Under the pieces are notes generated by a model. It was not told the DNA's origin and ran no database searches. It worked only from the letters and a program-made list of their open reading frames with translations. A stretch of 63,345 nucleotides of DNA, counting the filler, from Lenisia limosa (lineage: Eukaryota; Protista; Breviatea): assembly GCA_001655205.1 (NCBI GenBank). It is 15 parts of 15 records of this genome, joined end to end, with 100 filler letters (N's around TTAATTAATTAA, not from the genome) between each part and the next. Parts side by side here need not be neighbours in the genome. Positions count along the whole stretch, not along the records: positions 32,773 to 59,795 come from LPNZ01008342.1; positions 59,896 to 61,763 come from LPNZ01002402.1; positions 61,864 to 63,345 come from LPNZ01006207.1; 12 more parts are not named here. One strand, 5' to 3'. How positions within the stretch are numbered: the stretch's first letter is position 1; every line of letters starts with the position of its first letter. This document shows, one piece after another, positions 50,762-63,345 of this stretch. Made by a program: the position numbers and the translations under genes.

Positions 50762-53324
50762 TATCAGAAGCGAGGAGGAATGAGAGCATTATTCAAGATA
50801 AATCAAAAACAGAAACAGCACACCTTTTCTCAATAATTACCAAAAAAAACCAAAAGTCCAGATCACTATAATTTATTCCGTTACCCCCCTCCCTATCACC
50901 ACTCTCATCCGGTTCTTCAGATTTGTGCGAGAGCATTTGGACAAGATCCATGAGACCCATGTATTGTGACGGTGATATTCGCGCCTGTGGTGAAGGTGAG
51001 AAAGACCCCGTTATATGTTACAAAAGATACAAATCCTTCGAAAAAGCAACAATACAAGACAGGATTCCCAAATTCATTTTAGGGAGCTCTTCATATGAGG
51101 GAGAGTCTAATAATTTTTAAGGCTTCCCTTCAATCTCAAAAAGAGTGTATTTCTCGATAAATTCTCGATAAATATTAATATTTTTCCAGTCTTTTGGACG
51201 AAGGGAAGCCCTACTCATAATAGAAGAAAATAATTTGAGCTTTTCGAAATCACTGATTAAGGTCACTAATCCAACCTGTATTCTCCCGAGGTCAGCCTTG
51301 ATCTCCAGATCGGCACTCTTGTCAGCTGTGTCCCGTGGCAATCGAACAAGCAATATATCCGGACCCAGGGACCAGAGAATTGGGGCTGAATTGATCATTT
51401 AAAAGCAGCTTTAATTTCCATTCAAAATAAAAATAAAAATTGAAGACACTCTTTATAACTTGAGGATATGCGAGTATCTTTTTAGAACTAAATAATATTT
51501 ATACAGTCATAATGTTGTGTAATACCCCTAGCAATACGAAAGTGCTGCAACCCACCTGAGAGGTCCACGAGGCTCGGAAGGGGGTCCAGGCCGGGATACT
51601 TATCAAAGTCCACCCCACATTGGATTACTGAATCTGAGAGGGGTGACCGCTTGCAAAAGAGAGGCAATGTATAATTCATTATGTACACAGCTTTTTGCTT
51701 TTCTCCCCAGTGTTAATTTGCTAGACAACTCCTTTCTTTCTGTGTACTTCCCTCACCTGGAAGATCTGGGGCAGTCAATGGCTCAACTGTGACTCTCCAG
51801 CCTGACACGGTGACTTTCTTGATGCTTGTTGCAGGCGTTCCACCAGGAAGGCTCTGGTGGGCTGGTACCAGTGTTTCGTCCTAAATGGCGTGACCAGCGA
51901 ACACATTTTTGTAGCAGCACTGTAAACCGTCCAATTAAACGGTCAAAAAGCCACTCAAACATCTTTGTATTGCTTATTTCTTACTGAAAGATACCTTCTT
52001 GAACACTATACCGCGCTTACCGCCACATCTATGGAGTCGACGACAGCCAGTAGTCTGAGATCCCTTCTTGCCGAGCACGAGGGCCATCTTATCGACACCC
52101 GCAGGTTGATGACCGATACTGCAAACCATCAATATGGGGTGACAAGCATTATATGCAAATAAGAAAAAAACAGTCGTTTGTAAAAAGGCACAAGCAAGCC
52201 TTGGGATTTTGAAAAAGGATGTGAGATGATGTCCCCGACTAAATCCGTCCATATACCAAATACCACAAGTGTTTCCAAAACTCTAATAACTAAACCGTCG
52301 AGGTGACACTGAATGAAAACCACACTTACTTTTCAAACACGCGAGAGCCTCATCAACGAGGCGCGTCAGGAGGCGAAGTCCTTCACTATCGGGCGGCTGG
52401 CGCTGTCAATACGGTCGTCCAAAATTATAAAATACACGCCTCACCAAATACCCACCCCAGTTATACACTCATGTACAACAATTCACCATTGGTCCCTCAC
52501 AATTTCTTCATTGAACTGGACGTTTTGATCCGTTTCCTGGGCCTTGGCTTGGCGGAATGGTTTGTTACATACCTAGATTTGCATCAAAATAGAAACGTTA
52601 AGAGTCTGCAATTAACAATATCAATAATATGATTTTTTCCGTATATCAGAGAGGTTTTGCACAATGTTGTAATGGTCAATATGAATGCAAAAACATTGAA
52701 TGAGGAAGAGACAAGAACACAACTTGGGTTGGTCCAACCTCAGAGGGAGCCATTTCAATTTCCACATCCTGGCACAGCACCTCAGCACCGCTTGAAGACC
52801 ATGGGACCGAAAACTGCAGTGAGAATGAGAACTGAACTGTGGCTTTGTAGCAATAAAAAAAAAACCGGATAAAACCACGGGGAAACCTCCAATATACGCC
52901 CTTTCTGGGGTTATTGAATGACATAATTGCAAAAAAAGGTAAACTTTCAGCATATTTATGAGGGACCCAAATCACCTGAACAGTTCCAACTGATGCTGAA
53001 ACGATCGATAAAGGTCCCGATTCTGGTCCGAATATGGCATCTTCCAGTGCCTATTCATTGTTAATAATAGTATTAGCTAATATAATACCCATGGCTGGCG
53101 TGAGTGCATACCTCAGGGATCAAGTCAACATTGGAAAGTGACACGATACCATCTCTAAGCGCCACATCCAGTTGTGAAGGGTCAAGATCAAAAGCTAAGG
53201 CATTATAGAACCTCCAGATAAACCAACCAAGATATTCACCAAGAAGCTTTTTGATAACAAATCTAAATAATCTTGTTTCTATAGCCTGTGTGAAAAATGA
53301 CACCCCTGGGACAGGTATTACCAT
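33050..53324 (-). CDS. ATG2: Autophagy-related protein 2 (bridge-like lipid transfer protein), dozens of short exons; 3' end probably beyond the scaffold
   Basis: Chorein-N start (TRLFRFVIKKLLGEYL, LDPSQLDVALRDGIVSLSNVDL, FSVPW), LLTRLVDEALACLK, NLYVSLHNSSIEY, CAD-like VNLDLCSDSFDTFLTLVSY at about 37560-37650; consistent minus-strand splice sites; exons below about 36000 less certain. Confidence 0.8.
39259..39336. mobile_element. MITE family E (~78 bp, TIR CAGTGACCGGGATAAGTCYTGAC, mostly TA-flanked)
   Basis: Complete copy here; related copies at about 411-490, 3180-3250 and 10499-10570. Confidence 0.8.
39780..40442. mobile_element. ~660-bp non-autonomous TIR element in an ATG2 intron
   Basis: 39780-39842 is the near-perfect reverse complement of 40380-40438 (~60 bp, three CCGGACA subrepeats); right end GACTATA. 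Confidence 0.88.
48278..49495 (+). CDS. Putative spliced gene of unknown function nested antisense in an ATG2 intron
   Basis: Plus-strand AG/GT-bounded open exons with host-like codons (VHIYVKGKPLSFTL...AEKDK; AIVKYNILQSRSL...HWAKFRAYRLF; GYMIKGRTVPLKAWG...; RICALCPIGEIECAHLFDLVELLR*), followed by AATAAA. Confidence 0.55.
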
Positions 53325-53902
53325 CCTAGGAATTGCGTGAATACAATTTAATGATCTTGCTAAACTTTTTAGACTGCTATAATAAACGTAACAACAACAA
53401 TAAATATACCATAGTAAGCATTCTCAGTCTAAATTCAATTCTAAATAAAAAAAATCTTTAAACCATAGAAACATGGGACCTCAGTCTTCCATCACTTTAC
53501 CCCCCCCCCCTNNNNNNNNNNNNNNNNNNNNNNNNNNNNNNNNNNNNNNNNNNNNNNNNNNNNNNNNNNNNNNNNNNNNNNNNNNNNGAAGAAGAAAGTT
53601 GGAGGAAAGAGAGAAAAGAGGAAAAAGAGAGGAAAAAGAAGAACCGAAGAACTGTTGCGTGTAGTAGCATTGTAGGAATATATTCATGGGTATTTCCTCC
53701 TCCTCTCATTTTCATTGATCGTTGTGGAAAAGCGCAATGCTTAATTGCTCAGTTTGCGCTGATACATTCAAAGAGCCTGTCACCAATGGCTATTTGCTAC
53801 TGAAGTAAAGCTGTGAATTTCACCTCATGAAAAAACCGCACTGAAGAGAGAACCTCTATCAAAACTAATATACAAATCAAATCAAAATTGACAACGAGGT
53901 TG

Positions 53903-56900
53903 TTAAAGTGACGAATCGAGCCATTTCCGGACGTCCGAGAGCTCCTGGGCAGCGTAAGGGTGCTGGCTGAGCGTTGAAGCTACAGCCTCATCTACTCCGG
54001 ATGGTCCATACACGACTCCTGTGGGGAGTAAAATACTGTTTTTGAATATAGATAAAAGTGAGAAACAAAAGTGTAGAGCAAGGGAGGTGAGTGTTTGCCA
54101 ATAGATAACTTTATATCGCTCCAAAATAGGCAGTATCCCCTCTAGGAGATATTGGATTACAAATGATCAGTGGTAACAAGGCCAAAACACCAAGTCCTCC
54201 TTACCAATGAGGTTGGACTGGAGGTCATCAATCATATCGGGAATAAGAGAGTCACTGTATATCTTGGCTGCGGAAATATGTCCTTTAACACTGGGGAGGG
54301 GAGGAGGGTTATAATCATGAAAGCCTCCGCAATTGTAAACTATTTTACTACAACAAGTTGAATATGATATGCTTAATTATGTAGAATGAAATTAAGAGAA
54401 GAGGGGGAGAACATAGTATAAATGTGTACCTATTTTGTAGTCAAAACCATCCAATGGGTCAAAACAAAATAAAAACTCAAAAAAAAACAATAGCATTCCC
54501 TGATTCACATTTGAACTACCTTACACAAGACACCCAACCTGTTGACCATAACGTCCATCAGACCCCAGTCAAAACGGGTTTCAAAGGAATGTTCAAAGTG
54601 AGGCGTCTCACCAAACCTCCATTGCCAGTCCTATGATGTGGGATCAGGGAATGTTCCATTTGAACCCGTTTTTAATAAGTTTACATAAATACACCAACTC
54701 CGGTAAAACACAACAAAAATCAAATAGCATTCCCATACCTCCTGCTTCGCGATCAAAACTTTGAGTTTGGGCTGCGACTCTGCAAGAACAAGGGGGTCCA
54801 TGACCTCAACCTGAAAACCATGACACAGAATGCAGAAATGAGAAATCAAAATCAAATCAATGTTCCCAATCATTGATTTATAAAGCATCAACGGAAGTAC
54901 ACAACCAAAGATGCTGATCAGTTTGCTAATGCAAATCCAAGCTACTACCCATTGATAAGCTCTTTACCCCAACCACCTCAGCCTTGGAGTCGTAGCACTC
55001 CTGGAAGCGCTTGATGATAGCAGACTTGACCATTTCCTGGTCCACAGACGGGGCCACATCCACAACATTGCACACCCGAGCTCTCACTGAGGACNNNNNN
55101 NNNNNNNNNNNNNNNNNNNNNNNNNNNNNNNNNNNNNNNNNNNNNNNNNNNNNNNNNNNNNNNNNNNCGCAATACATATTTATATATTGAAGAAGTGGCA
55201 CTTAATAGATGCCTGAAACAACAACGCAAACGACTAGCAAAGGGAAGTATTGCTAAGGCAGAGCCGCTCACAATCAGTTTCGCCTTATTGGGGTTGAGAT
55301 AGGCAGCCAAAGAGGAAAGATCGACTTTGCAGAGAAGTGTCCCATGTTGCATAGCACGTGACTTCGTGAGGCGGAAGGCTGAGCCTGGCGATATTAGATC
55401 ATGATGCTAACCCTTGTGTTATTAAATATGCAATCACAAACCAAACAAACCCGAGATTTTCTTTTCATCAACGGTGATATCATTCCGTCCGGTTGCCTTG
55501 AATAGTGAGCTTTGTGAAAGACACAGGCAAGGGTGACTCTTTTCAAAATGGGGAATGATATTAAAATGTCTCTGTTTACCATTTAAAAACCAAACTGTAT
55601 CATTGAGATAAACTGAAAAGGTTGTATATCTAATATGAGGTGCAGCAAGGTTCAAGTCCCAGGAGGGTAACTATTAAAACACTCCTACTTCAGCGTTCAC
55701 ACCCAGGTCCTTTAAAGCAGCCGTGACAATGTCCATGTTGCGGGGCACTGAGTAGTCCTCCCTCGCACTCATCAAGGTGAAGTTGGTGTTGCCTCGGTCC
55801 TAAAGAGCAAACGATTATATTCAGTCAAATCAGGCCATATAGCTACTCCAATACTCCAAGGGACAGCACAAATAATCAATATGTTTATTGGGAATCAGGA
55901 GGAGAAAAACATGGATTCAATTCTTCATCCCTTTTTGAAGTGATTAAGTTAAACTTACGATTTCAGCTCAACTTCCTATCCTGACATTGAAATTTTGTGG
56001 ATAAAAACTCAAAAAAAGAACTACGGAGTCTGAGCCCCAAGCCACCTGGTACACAGCTCCACCGCCAGTTGGTCGTCTAGCCAACATCACGTCCATATCA
56101 TCCATCTTCTTGATGTGGCACTCCTTCCACGGGTTCTGGTTGCGTCCAATTACCACCTGCAATTTGGAATCGGTAAAAGGGACAATTCGGTATTGCAACA
56201 ACATCCTCATTAAATGCAATATAAGTTATCATGGTCACACAAGAGAAAAGCAAGTGAAAAAGACTCCAAAAAGTGATAATAACATAACGTTGACTATTTG
56301 ATTTCCCGCATTTGAACCAAACACAATCAACATTGTGATACCCTGACATACCACAGGGTTATTTGACCACAGGAAAAGACACTGCCTGTTCTTGTCATCT
56401 GTGATCTCAAGATCGTGGAAAATAAACTCTTCCATGGCCAGGTTGTGCCAAGGGTTGTGAGACGTTGACGCGAAAATTCGAACCTGGGGTATGTCATAAG
56501 ACGAAAATACATTTGGTGATTAAATGCAATGCACCGAGTTCCCAAAACAACGTACAATTTCAGAAGTTATGTTGGATATTTATGAATATGATGAGTCTAA
56601 AATTAATGTGTATAGAGAGAGAGAGAAGAGGGGGGAGGGGGTCGTTGAATCACCAAACCCCATATTATTAGACAAATTCATGACTACCGGACCTAATGAA
56701 TTGCTGAAACAAACAAGTATACTCCCATAATTTATACATTTACAAAAAGGGAGTTATTTTGGCAATACATAGTATCTATATCTAGTGTATGTATCCTCCC
56801 AAATTCCTGGAATAAGAGGAAACTCCAACCAACATTCCACAGATGCAAATACATTTCGTACATACAGATACCAGATATGTTATGCCACCAATTTCATGCC

Positions 56901-57135
56901 ACACTGAGCTCAAGAAAAACCAGCAGATATTCGCCATCCCACCAAAGCTCAAATTGCAGGTGTAACCTAATGACACTTGCAGGGAATCGGATAGTGACGT
57001 CATCCCAAAAGACCCCCCCCCCACATCGGTCTTCTTTGCCTCCCTGAAAGATGCTGGCACCATGGCCTTTGCGGCTGTGGAGAGCAGCTTGCCGGTCCTG
57101 GCAAGGCCAACAGATGAGAGGGCTCTGGCTAGCAT
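53903..57135 (-). CDS. lplA: Mitochondrial lipoate-protein ligase A (two-domain LplA type)
   Basis: Presequence exon [23 protein letters not shown]; [86 protein letters not shown]; TAA at 53903. Confidence 0.95.
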
Positions 57136-57474
57136 GATATGATCTGAGGAACGCCACTTACGTCTCTTCAAATAACAAAGCAATTACCCCTTTACTAATA
57201 ATAACTTTCTTTTAACCAGCTTCTAACTTTCAACAGACTTACTAACTGGGCTGAGAGAGAGGATGACGAATACCTTTACATTAATAGGCCGAGATGTAAC
57301 AAATGTAAGTTAAAAAGAAGTCCCCCCAATTGTCCCATTGTCCCCAAAAAAAAATGCCCAAAGCAGAGACACCATCCAGCAGTATTTAGATATTTATATG
57401 ACTTTCTTGCGCAAAGTCGCACGACGTGTTTTTAGTGTGAGTGAGTGATAGAGACAACCTGATTATCAACCAAA

Positions 57475-59730
57475 ATGTGGCGGGTATCTTATGCTGTCCT
57501 GCTCATTGTCGCGTCAATGACATACGGTATGCCAACGGTTCAACTCTTAATTGATGGGGGATGGGGATGTAGTAGAGGTAAATCAGCAAAGTCTACTTTC
57601 TGGTACTTTGTTGTTTTTTCATATCTCGATATTCAGTTCTTGTATATCTGTGAAATCCCTCAGAGTTAAAGCTTGTCTTTGTATTCCCTCAGAGTTAAAG
57701 CTTGTCTTTGTATTCCTGATCATTCAGCAATTGTGCTGCTTCCACCTCAATACTCATGCTCCATTCATCAGCGCACACAAGTGGGTGGGGTGCTCCATTC
57801 ACCAACATACCGATTGTCGTTCCGTTTCTGGGAGACTTGTTCTATCGTTCTATCTTTCAAAAACAATTTAGTTACTTGCTTTCTGTTATTTCAAGTTGTC
57901 ACCTTTCCTCCCAGAAGCACGGAAAGATCACGGGTAACGTTGTGAAGCACTTTGCCATTGACTCGGTGAATAACCTGCGACTTGAAGACAGCATCTCTAT
58001 GGTTGGCCATGCAATATGTATGTTGTGTAGATAATACTATTTGTTTGTTTTTTGTTGCTATTCTTATTTTTGCTGTTGTTATTTGACATTAACTTAACAA
58101 AAAATCGCTCTATTTAAATAAGATGGTTGTAATGCACTACCTGGGTTTCTCTGCCTCTCCGCACAATGTCCCGAGCAATTTTGAGCAGTTCTTTTGCTTC
58201 CTGAGTTACATAGAAAGGTTTAAAGAAAGAATACTACAGACCAACAACAGAGGCGGCCATTCTGAGTTTATCAGAGTTCTGAGACTGATTTATTTTATTT
58301 CTTCCTTGGCAAACCTTTTCAGTGATTTCTCTGATGGAGATTACCTTGAATCTGTTGTCCTTCGGCTAGCATTTGCAACACCTATTCATTTGGTGACATG
58401 CTCAAATATAAACCAACAGCTAGTGTGTTGGGAATTTGAACTTGGTGCTTGGTGGAATTCTGCTTGAGGAACAGTGAGCGATTTGGAGGGAGTACAGCTC
58501 AAGGGGTCCACTCTGTGATCATCAAAAAGCCACCCAAGTTAGTCATTACGAGTCTTNNNNNNNNNNNNNNNNNNNNNNNNNNNNNNNNNNNNNNNNNNNN
58601 NNNNNNNNNNNNNNNNNNNNNNNNNNNNNNNNNNNNNNNNNNNNNNNNNNNNNNNNNNNNNNNNNNNNNNNNNNNNNNNNNNNNNNNNNNNNNNNNNNNN
58701 NNNNNCAAGGAAACTCGGTTTTTTGGTGTTGCTTACGAGAAAGGCTGCCGCACACAACTTTACCATCTTGAACAATAATGAAAATCAGGCTCTTTGGTTA
58801 CTCTTGTTATTCTGTGTGTGTTGTTTGAACGTAGATGTTTGACTAGAGAATAGTTGCAATCTGGGATAGGATATGGTTTAATTTTTTATAGTAAATACAA
58901 TCGATGGGTTCAAAAGAAATACATGGGAGAGTAGGGACCCTTGTTGATTCCACCATATTCATACATCTTTTCCTTACAGTATGTAGGATGATTACTTCAC
59001 CAAGAACATCACTGTCATTGTGGTTGGCTGGGGTTCTAACAAGAAAGCCATTGATCGTCTATTTTTTGGTTTGTTTTTGTTTGTTTTGATTTGTTTTGTT
59101 TTATTTTGTTTTTGTTTTCTGTTGATTAGGTTCCGTCACATTTGACCTCGCAGAATCCCGAGTATGGAGTGGCCAACTCAGTGCCCTTCTTCAACCGAAG
59201 CTACTGCTTCTATGTCAAGTCATCGCCGAAGGTTGAGAGGGAGTCGCTTCCCAGTGGTGCTAAAAAAGTACAGTGGGTATCACTACTTTTCCTGGTGGGG
59301 AAAGTGGTATTTATTACTTCTGTCTTTTTCATTTTTTGTTTTCAGACCAAAAAACACTTATTCTTTTTTCATTTCCCCGTTTATTTGATTNNNNNNNNNN
59401 NNNNNNNNNNNNNNNNNNNNNNNNNNNNNNNNNNNNNNNNNNNNNNNNNNNNNNNNNNNNNNNNNNNNNNNNNNNNNNNNNNNNNNNNNNNNNNNNNNNN
59501 NNNNNNNNNNNNNNNNNNNNNNNNNNNNNNNNNNNNNNNNNNNNNNNNNNNNNNNNNNNNNNNNNNNNNNNNNNNNNNNNNNNNNNNNNNNNNNNNNNNN
59601 NNNNNNNNNNNNNNNNNNACGTACTATTTCCTTTTCATTTTTATGAGTTCGTAGCAGATCTTCTTCTGCTCTTCTGCATTTCTAGCTCACCTACCTAGGA
59701 AGACCTGGGACTGAAATTGACCCAATGGTG
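57475..59730 (+). CDS. Unknown, probably secreted protein
   Basis: MWRVSYAVLLIVASMTYG resembles a signal peptide; exons KHGKITGNVVKHFAIDSVNNLRLEDSISM and VPSHLTSQNPEYGVANSVPFFNRSYCFYVK; divergent from lplA. Confidence 0.55.
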
Positions 59731-60029
59731 GATCTCCAAAAGTGACGGAAGTCTCAGACAGCAGATAGTCCACACGGTTGGCGCCACTTTCTGTANNNNN
59801 NNNNNNNNNNNNNNNNNNNNNNNNNNNNNNNNNNNNNNNTTAATTAATTAANNNNNNNNNNNNNNNNNNNNNNNNNNNNNNNNNNNNNNNNNNNNAGAGT
59901 AACAACAATATGAATAATAATAACAAAACAATACATACATTACAATACATCCAAAATATATATTCATAATACAAAAAAAAAAAACATGACAATAATAGTA
60001 ATCAAATAAGCAATTCCTGGTGTAGATTC

Positions 60030-61760
60030 CCTGCCAGCCGATCAACAACTTGCGATATTCGCCTCCTCACCCATCCATTCCTCCCTTCAGATTAGGACTA
60101 CTTTATACGCCGGTTCCCCAGTCCGTTTCCCAGATCATTACATCCACCGAAGACCGCAAAAGGTAGTGTTGACAAGTCTCGACCTCCGTGATGGGGAGGT
60201 TTCAATTGAAGGAGTGTTTTCTTTTCTAACTATTAACATATGACATATTATATTATACATATCGTATTTATACTTAATTACTATGATGCTAATTTTAGCT
60301 ATTAATTCTAGACATAGCATCCTGCCCTCTTCTTTAATGCTGTAACTTACATGAAAAGTTACTTTTGTGGTTGACAAGAAAACGTGAATTTTGACTGTAT
60401 TGACCAGACAAGAAACCTTGCTAAAAACACTGGGTAATCCGTAGGACTTGTTTCACTGCTACCCCTGGGTAGTAGTCAGTCATGACAAGACCTTGCTTCA
60501 GGCGATGTGCAAACTCCCAACCAGAAGGTAGTGGTACCTACTTTCAGAAGCCGAAATTGGACGAGAACGGCTGTGGCTCAGTAGAGCTTTCATTCTTCGT
60601 GAGGGGTGAGGGGGGTCAGGTTCTAAACCATTCCCTTCCAACCTTATCGTTTTACCAATATGTACCTGAACAGATGAGGTCAATTGAGATCAATAAGGAG
60701 ATCGGCGAGCTTCACAAGAAGATCTGCACTGTTCAAGGAATATTGATTCGGGTGCGGGATTTCGGGTCCATGGCGACAGAAGAATCCGCTAAATACCTCC
60801 TCGGGGAAGACCAAACCAAAACGAAGGTTTTTTTTTCATGATAAAAGCTATTGGATTATTTCCTATGCTATGGCACTTCGGAAGCTGTATCGCTATGGAA
60901 TAATCTGATTTGTCCTTTTATCGTAGCATGATTACCTGGATGATGTTATGGCAAAAAACTGAGTTCATCTGGAATTCAAAAGTGGCTTATGCACTTCGTA
61001 TGATGACATGATGTTCATATTAAATACAGCACGTGTCGAACTCAGTGTTCATATTTCTAATTTTCCGAAATCGTAATCCACATACATTCAAATTGAGCTT
61101 AATATTATGTGGGATTGATGCCTTCTTTGGTAAATTCTTTCAGAAAAAGATGAGTAATTACCGAAGATACTTCCAAGTCCAGCAGACTGTTACCCAGTGA
61201 CCGTTTCTTCACCTTATAATCAATTTCATGTCAAACCGTCAGGCATGATATTTTGAGAGGTACATTGCATCTATCAATGGTGTCACACCTCTTTGGAGAT
61301 GACTGCAAAGTTAGTCCTGTTAGCCCTGCTATAACTTTTCTGTTCAGACATTTCGCAAAACAACTCATTCCCTCAGTTGTTGATGATTTCACATTTTTAA
61401 TTAAGGTTCCTATTTCTCAACGCTGCATCTTTCAGTCAGATGTGGCACGCCAGGCTGCCAGCAACTTGTCAAGGTATAATCTTGTTGTTTTTTCAATGTC
61501 ACTGAAACTGGTGTCTCCGACCTCGAGACACTAAATGCCCTCGGAGTGGAAGGGATGAAGTCTGTCTTGAAATCAGCCATCACCTTTCAAGACCACGAAG
61601 TTATCTGGAATTTTGGCCCCTATTCTCTGTTTTTTGAAGCTCTGTGCTTCCTCTCTTCCTCTAGTTTAAGTTTACAGTTGGAAATCCTCAGCTCGCCGCC
61701 CACAAGACCATTGGAGTTCCACCGAGGCTCCAATATCCCCGCTTTTCGGCGGCTGTGTTG
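60030..61760 (+). CDS. Internal exons of an unknown protein
   Basis: e.g. MRSIEINKEIGELHKKICTVQGILIRVRDFGSMATEESAKYLLGEDQTKTK and ITFLFRHFAKQLIPSVVDDFTFLIK bounded by AG/GT. Confidence 0.5.
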
Positions 61761-61911
61761 TTTNNNNNNNNNNNNNNNNNNNNNNNNNNNNNNNNNNNNN
61801 NNNNNNNTTAATTAATTAANNNNNNNNNNNNNNNNNNNNNNNNNNNNNNNNNNNNNNNNNNNNACCCCTCACTCTTATCTATCCTTTAACGTACATAACG
61901 TAACCTCTCAG

Positions 61912-63229
<1,318 letters not shown>

Positions 63230-63345
63230 GTAAAGCTTCAAAACTGTTAATCCTATAGAGCCTCTGAACACATCAACGACCCCTCTGCGGTACTCATTTT
63301 CCTTCCCGGTTAGCTCCGCTAGATTCAGAAAAGCTTACCCCCCCC

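Noticed and set aside
51965-52528. Plus-strand ORFs suggesting a second nested gene in ATG2
   Set aside because: Minus-strand reading gives well-bounded ATG2-like exons (SVINLRVSIRWP; LLTRLVDEALACLK)
1199-61863. Periodic TTAATTAATTAA motif as a biological repeat or array
   Set aside because: Always centred in a fixed 100-nt N block; it is a six-frame-stop contig linker

Overview
This is not a contiguous prokaryotic locus. It is about 15 separate contigs/scaffolds of an intron-rich, mitochondriate eukaryote (standard code, GT-AG introns, probably a protist), joined by artificial ~100-nt N-TTAATTAATTAA-N linkers, with many internal N gaps. Neighbourhood across linkers therefore means nothing, and most ORFs in the track are artefacts. 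I spliced exons by eye and recognised: a vWA/Sec23-24-trunk (CPRAS-like) gene, an AMP-binding enzyme 3' end, ZIM17/DNLZ, two ankyrin genes, a decayed intron-containing pogo-like DDE transposase, ELP1, PUS3, DDB1, BOP1, a ~20 kb ATG2, mitochondrial LplA, a DEAH helicase and several unknown genes. The introns are mosaics of short repeats, including at least three MITE-like families. The most striking signal is a ~150-bp repeat (family B) that sits in the sense orientation, ends in TTTTAC(T)CCCC at or just before the 3' splice-site AG in at least 11 introns of 5 unrelated genes, and in two introns also appears inverted towards the 5' donor. That is an introner-like or splice-site-donating pattern. 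Other observations: an apparent spliced antisense gene nested in an ATG2 intron, G-run donors paired with C-run acceptors, and recurrent tandem duplications spanning splice junctions. All exon models and family assignments are manual; no searches were run.
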